64,000 bases of DNA from Octopus vulgaris (Eukaryota): positions 29,512,001-29,576,000 of the forward strand of contig OX597832.1 of the NCBI GenBank assembly GCA_951406725.2, written 5' to 3'. The translations under genes were made by a program, and so were the position numbers. This document shows positions 1 through 13,256 of the stretch, piece by piece; position 1 is the first letter of the stretch; each line of letters begins with the position of its first letter. The notes below the pieces were generated by a model. The model was not told where the DNA came from. It ran no database searches and saw nothing but the letters and a program-made list of their open reading frames with translations.

Positions 1-1094
1 AGAGATGATAGAGAGAGAGAGATGATAGAGAGAGAGAGGGGAAGAGAGATGATGATGGTGGTGGTGGTGACTGAATAGTGAAAAGTGTATTTTTTTTTAA
101 CTTAATTGAGTCTTTTTATATCACCTGTCACTTAACAAGAGCACTAGTGAGATATATGAGATGATGAAGATTGGCAATGACAAGTCCCTTAACCCCTTGG
201 GGGTTGTTGAGGTGTTGCAGACATGCAGCGTATCTAGGGCGAGAAAGCCTGGTGGAGCCCATCGCTCTCCAGGCTAAACACATTTTCACAGCTGAGTGGA
301 CTGGAGCCACATGAAGTGAAGTGTTTTGCTCAAGAACACAATGTGTCACCCGGTCCAGGAATCGAAACCACAATTTTATGATCATGAGTCCAACACCCCT
401 AACCACAAAGCCACGTGCCTCCACGTGATGATTACCCTGATAATAAATAACAAATATTCATTTTATTATTTTCATCATATCAACAAATTGTGAGTTTCTA
501 AAAACTACAAAACACTGGCAATCCTGTTCTTTCTCTTGTTGAACTCTAAAACATTCTAATTATAGTCTGGTGTCCTTCTACAATGGAGTATAGGTCTATA
601 GACACACACACAAAAACTCGGTGTCATTGTGTCTCCGTGCGACATCTGTTTAGTTTGTCAACATAAAAGAAGTGACAGCACGCTTCTACTGCATTGGCTC
701 TTGGCTCACAAAATGAAACACCAATCGCAGTCGGTCTGTAAACAACATCAAACAACATAACAATGGTTGAGAGTGGAGACAAAATGGCTTCTGCTTCTGA
801 GATTTAATTAAATCTGATATAAATCAGGAAATAATTTGATGAAACTAATCAAGTAATGAGAAAGAATAAACAAACCAAAACACAAAAGTGAACGGAGATT
901 AAAGATTAAGAGGACAGTTTGTAATTTGATGCAAATAAATTAATTATTTGATTAAGTGACCTATGCAGAAAGGTTAATTATGGTTGAATTGCATAAAGTA
1001 GGGTACTGATGCACTTAGGGAAGGGACCAGAATTTGAACAAAGCTGACCATGGCAATAAGGGAACACTTGACCAATCACAGTAAAGGAGCCACA

Positions 1095-1400
1095 ATATGG
1101 TTGCTCAACCAGCTAGAAATAGCAATCAAATATTTTTCAAATTATATCATACAGTCATAGAAAATAAGGACACTGAATAATGCAGTCGGAAAAAAAAAGG
1201 AGGGTGGTCATGGTTGGATATATTTGATCACAGGTTTACTTGATCACAGTCAACCTTGGGCTAAACAAAAGCAAGAAAATATATATTAGATAACACAGTA
1301 CTGGATTCCCTTTAAAAAAAAAGGAAAAAGACATGAGGTTCATTGATGGAATGTCTTTGATCATAGGTCTGCTGGATCAGCAGTGACCTTGGGCCAAACA
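1095..1400 (+). repeat. Dispersed old repeat (SINE tail-like), two tandem partial copies
   Basis: GGTTGCTC..GCTAGAAATAGC..TTTGATCAYAGGT..GGGCTAAACA recurs at about 14780-14910, 17960-18070, 49040-49190 and 52500-52690(-). Confidence 0.55.
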
Positions 1401-2279
1401 GAGGCAACCCTATTTCACAGAAACCTCACTAGGGCTACACCACAACCCTTGCAACAACACAGCTTAAGACACTTGAAAGGCAAATAACATCCCATAATCC
1501 ACAGTCGTAGGACATAGCCAATAAAATAGCATCTTGATGTCATGTGACATTGGGAAATCAGTTTGGAAGAACTCAGTCATCGCCAAAGCTACAGAAGAGA
1601 CACCTACAAGGATTCTGATAATTCTTTTGATCAGAAATCAATAACAAGCTTCAGAATGCCAAACCACCAGGTTCTATTGTCTGTTTTCCCTTCCTAATGC
1701 CAACCCCTTTACAGAGTGTGCTGGGTGCTTTTTTACACAGCACCACCACCCACACCAATATTTTTTACAGGGCACCTTAGTTTGGGGATCTCAATTCTGT
1801 TGTGATGGGTATCACCCTTGTTGAATAGATTTTAAATAATATTTCGGCTGGGAAAGAAACAATGGACCTAGAGTCTTTGTAGTCCCTCCCACACTGAAGA
1901 TAAATGTTGGAGCCCATAATCCAGGATCCCTGGTTTGTTTACATTGTCCAAGACTCTTTATTTCACATTTGTTTCTTCATTATAAAGGAAAACATTTTAA
2001 ACTTTTGTTTCCAGAAAACTGTACTCAAACATTTAATTACTTCAATACTGCCAGAATTATTTGAGCTGGCACCACCATTTGACCAATGTTTGCTAAATCT
2101 GAATATAAAACTTGCTATAGTCTGTGGAAAGTCCAGGAAGCGTTGAAGGAAGAAATACAAGACTGAAGAGTTTATTGTATAAGTCGTCGTTTAATCTCGG
2201 ATCAAATCTAGGATCAGAAGGTGTTTCGTTCATGACCCCGTATCAGCATTTTAGGAGTACCTAGGACTACAATATATAA

Positions 2280-2653
2280 CTAGCACTATGACCCAGCGTT
2301 GCCGGGTCATACTGCTAGTGCATGCATATACAGCTGTGTGCATGCGCACATACATGCGAGTACTGTCCAAATCACCAACCAACCACATACAGCTAGCTGG
2401 CATTCAATTGGCGTATCAAGTTTCGGGCATTTTGATTCAGTTTTGGATAGAAAATTCACAAAAAAGTCACTTCTATTGATTTTTTAATGGCTTTGCGGGG
2501 TGACTGGGGAAATGTAAAGATGTGCATGACCACCCTTGGACGGTTTTGAATAACCTTAGAAAGTGCAAGCCCTCTAACTGAAATATTGTGGATTTGTATA
2601 AAGGACACACACACACACACAGACAGACATTTTGCCATTTATATATATAGAGA
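2280..2653 (-). mobile_element. Non-autonomous Helitron
   Basis: On minus it starts A|TCTCTATATATATAAATGGC and ends with the hairpin ATGACCCGGCAACGCTGGGTCAT then CTAG. No TSD. Confidence 0.75.
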
Positions 2654-4968
2654 TGTTTCTGTTTTTAATACACAGTCAGTGTGATTTGGGGGAGATTTGA
2701 CTGCTGTTTTTAATTGGTCAAGTGTCCAAGTAGAGGTTCTTTCATAAGTTCAATATAATAAGTTCATAGGAGAAACAGTGAGGTAAACACAATGATAATG
2801 AGTTCAATATTAATCAATGGTGGTATAGAAATTCTAAACAATAGCAAGCACAGACTGAGAACAGTCTAACCAAAACATAATGGCACCACAGAAACATAAC
2901 AGATTGGATATTCTAACAAAAAAAGGCCACACAACACCAGGATTTCTTAACCCAGTAAAAAAATATTTTTCACAGCACTTTAGATCTCAACTAGCTATGA
3001 AACAATAACTATAAGACAAGTTTAAGCTATTATAGAAATTGAACTTGTCTCTTTAGGTCTAGAAGTGTATTGATTAAAGAATAAAACTGACAAAAACAAA
3101 AATTATATAAAAAAAAAAATTAAATAAAAAGAAGAAAAATGCTAGAAAAACAGACATTGAAAGCAAGCAAAAAAAGAAGAAATCTTTGAAAAGGTTGATT
3201 ATTATCATTAATCTGATATCAGTTTGGTGTACTGACACAGGGAGATGGAACTGGTAATTTGGTGCTGCTTTCGTCCTATTTCAAGTCAGCTTCTTCCATT
3301 CACTTTGGTCTGTTTCCAATTGATAGACTCCGAAACCAGACGTCACACCACCTCCACCACCACACTCCCTCCTTTCTATAATCTCAATATACAAAAGATA
3401 TAGAGGAGAATTCTCTCTTTCACACACACAACTAAAGAATGCTCCAAACTGAAGATTCTGTGGTGGCTGGCACTGGTTGTATGTTTTTACTCAAAGACTG
3501 TTAGCTAATAGATTATTGATCAGCTGCGTTCAATGCTTCACACATTTTAGAAATCTTGATAATAATTACAGGTATCGTTTTACCATTTACAAGAACATTT
3601 GTAACAATTGGAAGATACAATTTATTAAGAATCTGGATAACAATACAGGAGTTTACCATTTAGAGAACCATTCGTATAAGAAGGAGAAATACGGAGAATA
3701 AAAGAACACATTCTTCTTCATGTTGTGATTAAAAGTAGTAAACAGGGGAACAGGGTTCAATTCAGTAAGTTAGGGTTTCAAACACCAGGATTTCTTAACC
3801 TAGTATGACGCCACCCCGCTGGCTAAGCAAGCAGGCCAACAGAAGAAAGGGTGAGAGAAAGCTGTGGCGAAAGAGTACAACAGGGATCGCCCTTCCCCCT
3901 GCCGGAGCCTCGTGGAGCTTCGGATGTTTTCGCTCACTAAACACTCACAACGCCTGGTCTGGGAATCGAAACCGTGATCCTACAACCACGAGTCCGCTGC
4001 CCTAACCACTGGGCCATTGTGCCTCCCAAATGATTCATAGTGTATATAAATTAGTAAAATATAAAATATTTATTTATACATAAAAATAGGGATGGGAGCG
4101 CTGAGGGGTATTATGTGGCCATGAGGTGGGAAGTGGCCCAAAACGCTTATGAACCTCTGATTTATCCCATCAATGTCCCATCACTACCAACTAAAGCAAT
4201 GTACCGTGACAACCACATGCAAGTGTGTGTGTGAGTGTGTGTGTGCATGTATGTGTGTGTTTGTGTGTGTGTGTTCATATATATGTACACCGTGTACATT
4301 AAATAATATTTATCGCTCACTGGCTGGGGTACTTTTTTTTATTGATCTTACCTTAATGGAAAAGTAAATAATATATAGACACACACAGGCATTTATAGGT
4401 TTAGTAGTATAAACATGATAAATAGAACTCAATACATGTGTATATATTATTATTCTTAAATTGGTAGTAGAAGTTACAAAGTGACTTATGGGTCAAGAGT
4501 TTTGTGCAGCCATATTCTCATATTTTGCAGCCCGTTGCATAATGTGCTTTCATTTTAGTGTTAGAGTGCATAACCACCAAAGAGCTGACAATATATGTAT
4601 ATATACATATATATATATACTCTTTTTACTCTTTTTTACTTGTTTCAGTCATGTGACTGTGGCCATGCTGGAGCACCACCTTTAGTCGAACAAATCGACC
4701 CAGGACTTATTCTTTGTAAGCTCAGTACTTATTCTATCGGTCTCTTTTTGCCGAACCGCTAAGTCACTGGGACGTAAACACACCAGCATCGGTTGTCAAG
4801 CAATGCTAAGGGGACAAACACAGACACATATATACGACAGGCTTCTTTCAGTTTCCGTCTATCAAATCCACTCACAAGGCAACGCTTGCCCAAGATTCCA
4901 CGCAGTGAGACTGAACCCGGAACCATGTGGTGGGTTAGCAAGCTACCCACCACACAGCCACTCCTGCG

Positions 4969-5000
<32 letters not shown>

Positions 5001-5005
<5 letters not shown>

Positions 5006-5135
5006 AATCCAAACGGGAAACAAAAAAACAACAACAAGGGAACAATTACAGTATTATTATTAATAGGCGCTCAGGAAATGGAAGCAGGGAGGTATGACGT
5101 TTCAAGCGGAGCTCTTCGTCGGAAACATAAAGAAG
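5001..5135 (-). mobile_element. PLE terminal (pLTR-like) segment with a decayed hammerhead at about 5091-5127
   Basis: Minus strand CCGACGA-AGAGC-tcc-GCTT-GAAA-CGTC. It abuts (TA)n and lies 3' of the PLE RT relic on the same strand. Confidence 0.5.
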
Positions 5136-5801
5136 GAAGAGAGAGGAAAGAAAGATCCCGGAGCGGGCAACGGAGATAGAGAAAAAACGGCTGGTGTTAG
5201 CAGTAGCACATGGTGAAAGGCGGATGTTTACGATAACAAGAGCAAAGTGGGTTTTTAAAGGCAAAAGAGTGGAGACAAGGTTGGTAACGCAACAGATGTG
5301 TGTGTATGTGTGAGTGTGTGCGTGTGTGTATGTGTGTGTGTGAGGCGAGGTAAAAAAACAAAAAATATATGTATGTGTTAGTGTGTGCGTCTGTGTGTAG
5401 GCGTGTGAGGTAGGGCGAGACGGTGGTCAGCATAGCAGCAGCATAGCAGACAAAGGTCAGTAGTGAGAAAAGGGAGGAAGGAGGAAGGGAGGGAGGGGAA
5501 GGGGTGGGGGCGTATGTAGCGTGCCAGCGTGTGTTGAGTAGTAGTGTGTGTGTGTGTCCAGTGTCGTGGTAGTATTAGTGGCGAGTAGATTGAATGTGTG
5601 TAAGAGTGATGTATATGTTTAAGCAATGTGTGTATATGTGTGCGCGTGTGTGTAACGAAAAAAAAGGGGGGTTTAGGAAAAGGACTCCAGCGGAGGGGAA
5701 GATGGAAGAGTGGTCCCGCGGAGACGGGCGTGGGAAAACCCAACGACAAGCGACATCCCAGGAACGGGCGGGAGGTCTCGTCGAGTCCAAGGGCGAGGTG
5801 C

Positions 5802-5837
<36 letters not shown>

Positions 5838-5911
5838 AAGGCAGTCAGGATTTTGGATAATTCTTTTATTATTAGCATTTAAACCATAGGGCACTTCTGC
5901 TCCAGTGGGCG

Positions 5912-6535
5912 TTAGGATGGTCCAGGTAGGCACTTGTTAATTGTTCCATATTTGCTATCTCCACAATCTTTTACAGAGAATTCTGATTCATTCACTGATG
6001 TGAATTTTACCTTTGTGAGGTGTTTATTGAGATGTTTTGGCTGGCATCTACTATTTCGTAAGAGGTTTGCATGAATCAGATTTTCCATTTTGGGGCTTTG
6101 TAGAAGGATAGGTAGGTTTGATTTAATGGTATGAAAGACGTTGGCTACCCCAGGATTGTGCATATTGATAAATGGAATCGTGTGTTCATTAGTTCTTTCT
6201 TTTGGTATCCTTACATGCATGTTTAGTTTCAATCGCCTTTTTAATTCCATTGTTTATTAATCCTAAAGGGCATTTCTGTTTTGTTAGGAAACCTTTTAGT
6301 TCATCAAGTCAGATTTGACATATTTTGGGGTCAACCGCTATAATACAGATGTCTTACCATACTGTATGGGATGTTCCTTTTGATATGCAAGGGATGGTAA
6401 GTGTAGAAATTCAAATATAGGTGCATATCAGTTTGTTTGTAAAATGTCTGTTGTGGTTGTGGAATTACGTATTTTTACATGGATATCCAGGAATGGTAAG
6501 TCTTTGCAAGTGGGTTCTGTCGTGAATTTGACTGT
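5912..6535 (-). pseudogene. Degenerate Penelope-like element RT C-terminus/thumb and linker
   Basis: Minus-strand translation gives KFTTEP..LPFLDI, YLNF..YHP.HIKRNIPYS, IPFINMHNP..NLPILLQSPKM and CQPKHLNKHLTKVKF, all typical of PLE RT. Frameshifts and stops are present. Confidence 0.8.
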
Positions 6536-6739
6536 GGCCGTTTTAGTCAAATAAATCAACCTCAAGACTTATTTCTTAAGCTTTCTTGTTCTTCACATTC
6601 ATGCCTTGAGTTTTTTGTACATACACATGTATACATACATACATATATATCCACATACCCCTACATACATTCCTTTACACAGACACACACTCCATGAATA
6701 AGTAAAAGCCATTCAAATGTAAGACTTTGTTAGAAAACA

Positions 6740-7070
6740 ACAACCCTGTATCCAAGTCCTACAGTAGGCTTACCAAAAGCAATTTCAAATCACAGTTCTA
6801 CCAACTCAGATATTCCTTCAGTAACACTCAACAACCTCACTTAGCTGCTTTATCAGAATATATCTGATTAATTGAAAAGACAGCCTACTATACATACAGA
6901 GTTATTTTGTTCATCCTAAGCTGCATACAGCCATATTGCCATGCAAGTTTCACATCTGGGTTCCTCTGGCAGTTATGCCTAAATAAGAAAATCCTTCTCA
7001 AGCTATAAAATTCCAATGTCTTAAACCTCAGGCCAGAGCTTATTAAATTCTTGCTGATATGCACTAAAAA
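6740..7070 (+). pseudogene. Degenerate PLE GIY-YIG endonuclease fragment
   Basis: KSYSRLTKSNFKSQFYQLRYSF...ALSEYI*L...QPY...QLCLNKK...LNLRPELIK resembles the PLE YIGLT..FK.R...H..SF..ELSKYIW..PY..C.LCL.EK..LN.R.EL motif chain. Confidence 0.55.
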
Positions 7071-7945
7071 GGCTTTTAGCCAGCTACAAACTGCCTTAAC
7101 ACAAATAACATTTTGGTTTCAAATTTTTGCACAAAGTCAATTAAATCAACCCCAGCGTTCAACTGGTACTTATTTTAACAACCGCAAAAAGATGAAGGGT
7201 AAAGTCGACCTCAGCAGAATTTGAACACAGAACGTAAAGGACAAAATGCCACTGAGCATTTCACCTGGCCTGCTAAAGGTTTCACCAGCTCACCACCTTG
7301 CAGACACATAAACAATAAAAGGCAGCAAGCTGGCAGAAGTGTTAGCACACTGGGTGAAATGCTTACCAGTATTTCATCTATCTTTACGTTCTGAATCCAA
7401 ATTCCACCGAGGTCGACTTTGCCTTTCATCCTTTCGGGGTCGATCTAATTGACTGGCCCCTTCCCCCAAAATCTGGGGACATGTGCCTAGAGTAGAAAAG
7501 AACTTTGCTGTTATTTTTGTTCAGATAAAATCACTGAAGTTTTCACAGTCATCTTAACTTTTGTAAACTCCTTTCTGAAAAGCTCTTGTCACTTCTGGTA
7601 ACTCTACACATCCATTTAAGCAACCCCAACCCTTACTACCTTATTTTAGTGTTCTGGTTCCCTGATCTACTAACACCAATTCTCTTTTCTCAATATTTGT
7701 TCATTTCACCTGAAGCTGTTTTAAAATCAATTTTGCTTCATTTTATCTTCACTTTTTTTAAAACCATTTTAAAAAAATCAATTTTAATTCACAATTTTAT
7801 TAAAATACAATATTTTTTATAAATTTATAAGAGTTTAATAGATTTTTATTATATTTTCTTATTAGATAAAGAAAATTCTTTACGACCAACATTTATTTCC
7901 ACATTTCCTTTATCCATCACTCATCCAGCTTAATTCATTACTCAC

Positions 7946-7969
7946 CTGCCTTGACGTCAATTGTAGCAT
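7946..7969 (-). CDS. Candidate alternative first coding exon (MLQLTSRQ, phase 0)
   Basis: Consensus donor CAG|GTGAGT on minus. ATG CTA CAA TTG ACG TCA AGG CAG has an upstream in-frame TAA. No homology support. Confidence 0.2.
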
Positions 7970-9570
7970 TCTTCCATGGCTTTTTTATACACCTTTCAAT
8001 TAAAGTCTTACATTCAAACAGGTTTGAGTTATTCATGGAGCAGGCATCCATGTGAAACAATGTATGTGTGCTGATGTATACATAGGATATTGTATGTGCA
8101 TGTGTGTGTGTGTGTGTGATTGTGCGTGCACATATATATGCACATGTAAAAATCACTATAGCATGAATGTAAAAACATGACTGTGCAACATTTTTGAAAT
8201 ATGTTTGTTTATTTATACACACCTACACACATCATCATCATCATCACCATCGTTCAACGCCCGTTTTCCGTGCTAGTACGGGTTGGATGGTTCGACCGGG
8301 ATCTGGGAAGCCAGATGGCTGCACCAGGCTCCAGTCTGATCTGGCAGTGTTTCTACAGCTGGATGCCCTTCCCAATGCCAACCCTTTCCTAACGCCAACA
8401 CACTCAATGAATTCAGGTGGTACAGGCTTGTGTCACTCTTCATACTCGCTTGTCCAAAAATCCTAGACTCTGGTACATATTAATGCCATGTGAAGAAAAG
8501 GTAGTCTGGATGCAGAGCCAGGGTCCCAGAAGCACCCAACAAAGAATTTCCTCCGGTTTCAATAACAGATGATGTCCCCTCTCCCCACACATTTTCTTTT
8601 CTATTTTCGGGTGCAACTCTAACAACTAAACAAAACTAATAAGAAAACCATAACCAAAAGTCTCACAAGAGCTGAATGGACCAACGTTCAATGTTCTGGC
8701 ACTCCATCAATTACAACGATGAAGAGGGTTCCAGTTGATCCGATCAATGGAACAAGCCTGCTTGTGAAATTAACATGCAAGTGGCTGAGTACTCCACAGA
8801 CACAGGTACCCTTGACGTAGTTCTCAAGGAGATTCAACATGACACTAATTGTAACAAGGCTGAGCCTTTGAAATACAGGTGCAGCTCATTTTAGCCAGCT
8901 AAGTGGACTGGAACAACATGAAACAAAGTGTCTTGCCCAAGGACACAACACACTGCTGGAAATCAAACTCACGGCCTTACAGTTGTGAGCCAAATACCCT
9001 GACCACTTAGCCACAAGCTTTTACTCTTTGATGTTAATCACCAGACAATGGATAACATTGTTAAGGGGTGGTGTGAAGAAGGGTATTGCTGAGTTCAGAT
9101 GAGGTCATGGAGGTCGCAGAATGTTTGTGACAGGACAAAGATGACAATTAAGAAGGAAGTTATTAAATATCGACTTGTAATTAAAATCTATAGCAAATTC
9201 TATGGCTATGTTGCCGTATTGTGAAAAACAGGCATTGAAACATGTTGGATATGAAGAGTTGCAAGAAAGAAGATAATGATTCCTTCAAAAGCCAGAAAAT
9301 CAAAAAGAATTCTGTTGCAAGGAATAATGTAGTCAACAATACAGTCTGACAAAATCGAATTCTGATAATGTTTTTAATTCAAGGAAAATATATGTATGGG
9401 GTGGGGGTGGGGGCAACAAAACTGAACTATAGGATCCAGGTTGCTTGTAAGGAACAGCTGACCATGGAGGAGTAGGGGGTCATTGTATTGGGGAGGGTAG
9501 TTTGGGGGATGAGTAGAGCAGAGCTCAGTTTTGTCGAAAATCACTGGAATATTTTTTAAATGTTATCAAT

Positions 9571-9720
9571 TTACATTTGACCAATATTTGTCCTCATCTT
9601 GTTTGTTGTTAACACAACGTTTCGGCTGATATACCCTCCAGCCTTCATCAGGTGTCTTGGAGAAATTTCAAACCTGGGTTCTCGTTCCTAAGGTATTTTT
9701 TGATGTTATTATCATTATTC
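9571..9720 (-). mobile_element. Hammerhead-bearing PLE-tail-like element; partial inverted copy at 10857-10955
   Basis: 9571-9628 is the near reverse complement of 10857-10916. The second copy shows CpG>TpG changes (tgaaatg versus cgaaacg). Confidence 0.6.
9611..9656 (-). ncRNA. Minimal type I hammerhead ribozyme (PLE-type)
   Basis: Minus strand: GACAC-CTGATGA-A-GGCTG-gagggtatat-CAGCC-GAAA-CGTT-GTGTT. Intact CUGAUGA/GAAA core, 5-bp stem II, stem I GACAC/GTGTT, and palindromic AACGTT in place of stem III. Confidence 0.75.
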
Positions 9721-10856
9721 ATCATCATCATCATTTAGCGTCCGTTTTCCATGCTAGCATGGGTTGGACGGTTCAACTGGGGTCTGTGAAGCCAGAAGGC
9801 TGCATCAGGCCCAGTCTGATCTGGCAGTGTTTCTACGGCTGGATGCCCTTCCTAACGCCAACCACTCCGCGAGTGTAGTGGGTGCTTTTTACGTGCCACC
9901 CGCACAGGCACCAGACGGTGCTGGCAAACGGCCATGAACGGATGGTGCTTTTACATGCCACCGGCACGGGGGCCAGGCGAGGCTGGCAACGGACACGAAC
10001 GGATGGTGCTTTTACGTCCCACCGACACGGAGGCCAGTTAGGGTGGCGCTGGCAACGGCCACGAACGGATGGTGCTTTTTACGTGCCACCGGCACGGGGG
10101 CCAGGCGAGGCTGGCAACGGACACGAATGGATGGTGCTTTTACATGCCACCGGCACGGAGGCCAGTCGGGGTGGTGCTGGCAACGGCCACAATCGGATGG
10201 TTCGCTTACTTGTCACCGGCACTGGTATCACAGCCGCAATTTCCATTGATGTTGATCGACTTCGATTTTGGTTCTGCTTTCTGATATCTGATTTGATTTT
10301 GATTTTTTGATTTTCACTTGCCTCAACGGGTCTTCATAAGTGGAGTTTTGTGTCCCAAGAAGGAAAGGTATGTATAAGTCGACTGGCTACATACCAGGTA
10401 GAGGCCACGGGTTATGGCCTCACTAGTCTTGCCGGGTCTTCTCACGCACAGCATACTTCCATAGGTCTCGGTCTCTAGTCATTTCCTTGGTGAGATCTAA
10501 AGTTCGAAGGTCGTGCTTCACCACCTCATCCCAGGTTTTCCTGGGTCTACCTCTTCCACAGGTTCCCTCAACTGCTAGGGTGTAGCACTTTTGCACACAA
10601 CTATCTTCAGCCATTCTCGTCACATGACCATACCAGCGCAGACGTCTCTCTTGCACACCACAACTGATGCTTCTTAGGTTCAACTTTTCTCTCAAGGTAC
10701 TTACACTCTGTCGATTATGAACACTGACATTACACATCCATCGGAGCATACTGGCTTCATTTCTTGCGAGCTTACGCATATCCTCAGCAGTCACGGCCCA
10801 TGTTTCACTACCATGTAGCATGGCTGTACGTACACATGCATCATACAGTCTGCCTT
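9719..10856 (-). mobile_element. 5'-truncated RTE-clade LINE (ORF2 C-terminus, 3'UTR, (TGA)n tail)
   Basis: ORF 10423-10821 contains LHGSETWA..MLRWMC..RRLRWYGHVTRM..GRGRPRKTW. The 3'UTR has ~60-bp tandem units at 9880-10220, and (CAT)n at 9720-9733. Confidence 0.9.
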
Positions 10857-11712
10857 CAGCTGAAATGTTGTGTTAACAACAAACAAGATGAGAACAAATA
10901 TCCATCAAATATGTAAATAATGTACATAATTCCTCATCTCTTAAATATAGAACTGTTACCAATTTAGTTGATGGAACGCCCCATATCATACAAGCAAGGT
11001 ATCACAAGTTTGGAAAAGAATTCACAGAATTGAATCTCTGAACTGAATTGTTCAAATACCCAGTCTTACTCCAAAAGAACACACAAGAATATTTTAAGAG
11101 AAGGCTGCAAGGAAGATCAGCCAAAATTCCATCAATTAGAGAAGAGAAGCATCAACTGCGGAATGAGCAAACATGGTTCAGTCAATCATTGATAATTTAA
11201 TTAAATCTTTGCCTAATTGGGCGAAAGCTTTGGAATAGTTAAAGGAAGGTCAACAAAACAGCGAGACAGTTTTGTTCGTTTTGCATAATTTTTTTTAACT
11301 CATTTCAAATTAAATTAATGTTGTGTTTTATAATTCTAGCAATAAAGTGACTGCAGGTCTTTGCATTCTTGGAATGGTGCTGTGAATAAAGGAATAATAT
11401 TACATCAAGAAATTTCATAGCATGCCAAAGAATTCAATGTATTTCATTGGGGAAAAGAGAATGTCTGTGTGTGTATCCTGGAAAACAGTGAAGGCCAATT
11501 CTTCATTATTATGAAACACAATTAATGAAGAGATCCAAAGAAAAATTAATGGAAAAAATAGAAAAAAATAGAACCTAAAAAAAATCTGAAGAAAAATATA
11601 AAGTGGAACTGGTGGCACTGGTGCCACAAACAGGATGTAAAAGAAAAAGCAAGAATGGTTAAAATTAAGTGATTTAAAGACATTCATATAAAGTTGAAGA
11701 AACAAAGGAACC

Positions 11713-12128
<416 letters not shown>

Positions 12129-12502
12129 ATAAAGAATTTATGCTTATAACTTCCAACAATCTAACATCAGAATAAAAACTTTAGCATTTCATTCAATTAC
12201 ATTTCAAAATTATTTCTCAAGAATTTCTTTTGCAAAATAGAATATCTGGAAATGGTAAGATGATGACATGCAGGCCACTGAGCAGTCATGCACACAGACA
12301 TTGGAAGAACAACAGCAGCTGGTCTTTTACAGCAAAATAATGGCACGGCTTTCACAATACTGAGTACGGTTCATGCTTTGATTCAATTTTCACCATTCAC
12401 AGACTCTCTTTTGGCATAAATAAAAAAAGAAAAAAGCTGAGGATCACACACCCCAGATATATATGACTGGTACACAGAAACACTTCTACAAGCACACACA
12501 AC

Positions 12503-12783
12503 ATATATATATATATATATATACATACATATATACATACATATATATATACACATATATATACACATATATATACATATATACATATATATATATATAC
12601 ACATATATATATATATATAGACACACATATATATACATATATATACATATATATATACATACATATATACATACATACATATATACATACATACATATAT
12701 ACATACATACATATATACATACATATATACATACATATATACATACATACATATATACATACATATATACATATATATATACA

Positions 12784-12829
<46 letters not shown>

Positions 12830-12865
12830 CATATACATACATACATACACACATACATACATACA

Positions 12866-12897
<32 letters not shown>

Positions 12898-13048
12898 CAT
12901 ATATATATATATAAATATATATACATACATACATACATACATATACATATATACATACATACATACATATACATATATATATATAAATATATATATATAC
13001 ATACATACATACGTACGTACGTACGTATGTGTGTGTGTGTGTGTGTTT
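12503..13048. repeat. (TA)n/(TACA)n compound microsatellite
   Basis: Seen directly. Similar tracts at 27795-28365, 28870-29420, 39900-40310, 56880-57190, 62480-62622 and 63563-63670. Confidence 0.97.
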
Positions 13049-13235
13049 GTGTACAAAACTTGCATTTCAACTTTCTTGCCAACACATGCACTTTCTCCTC
13101 CTCCGGCCCCACTCTCGCTCTCCATAAACAAATATATTGACATTAGCCGAGAAGCAACAAAGAGACACATAAACAGCCAACCAAGAGACAACACCGATAG
13201 AGAAAATGTCTTGTGTGCGAGTATAGAGTATTTAC

Positions 13236-13256
13236 CTCAGGTGTGAGTCCACGACT
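13236..13256 (-). CDS. Candidate 21-nt microexon (SRGLTPE in phase 0) in intron 1 of the DOCK-D gene
   Basis: Minus strand reads ttgtttattttcag|AGTCGTGGACTCACACCTGAG|gtaaat: pyrimidine-rich acceptor, GT donor, length divisible by 3, no stop in phase 0. Confidence 0.35.

Noticed and set aside
1904-2160. Possible exon or LINE fragment
   Set aside because: A plausible acceptor is present, but the donor is weak and no protein motif is recognisable.
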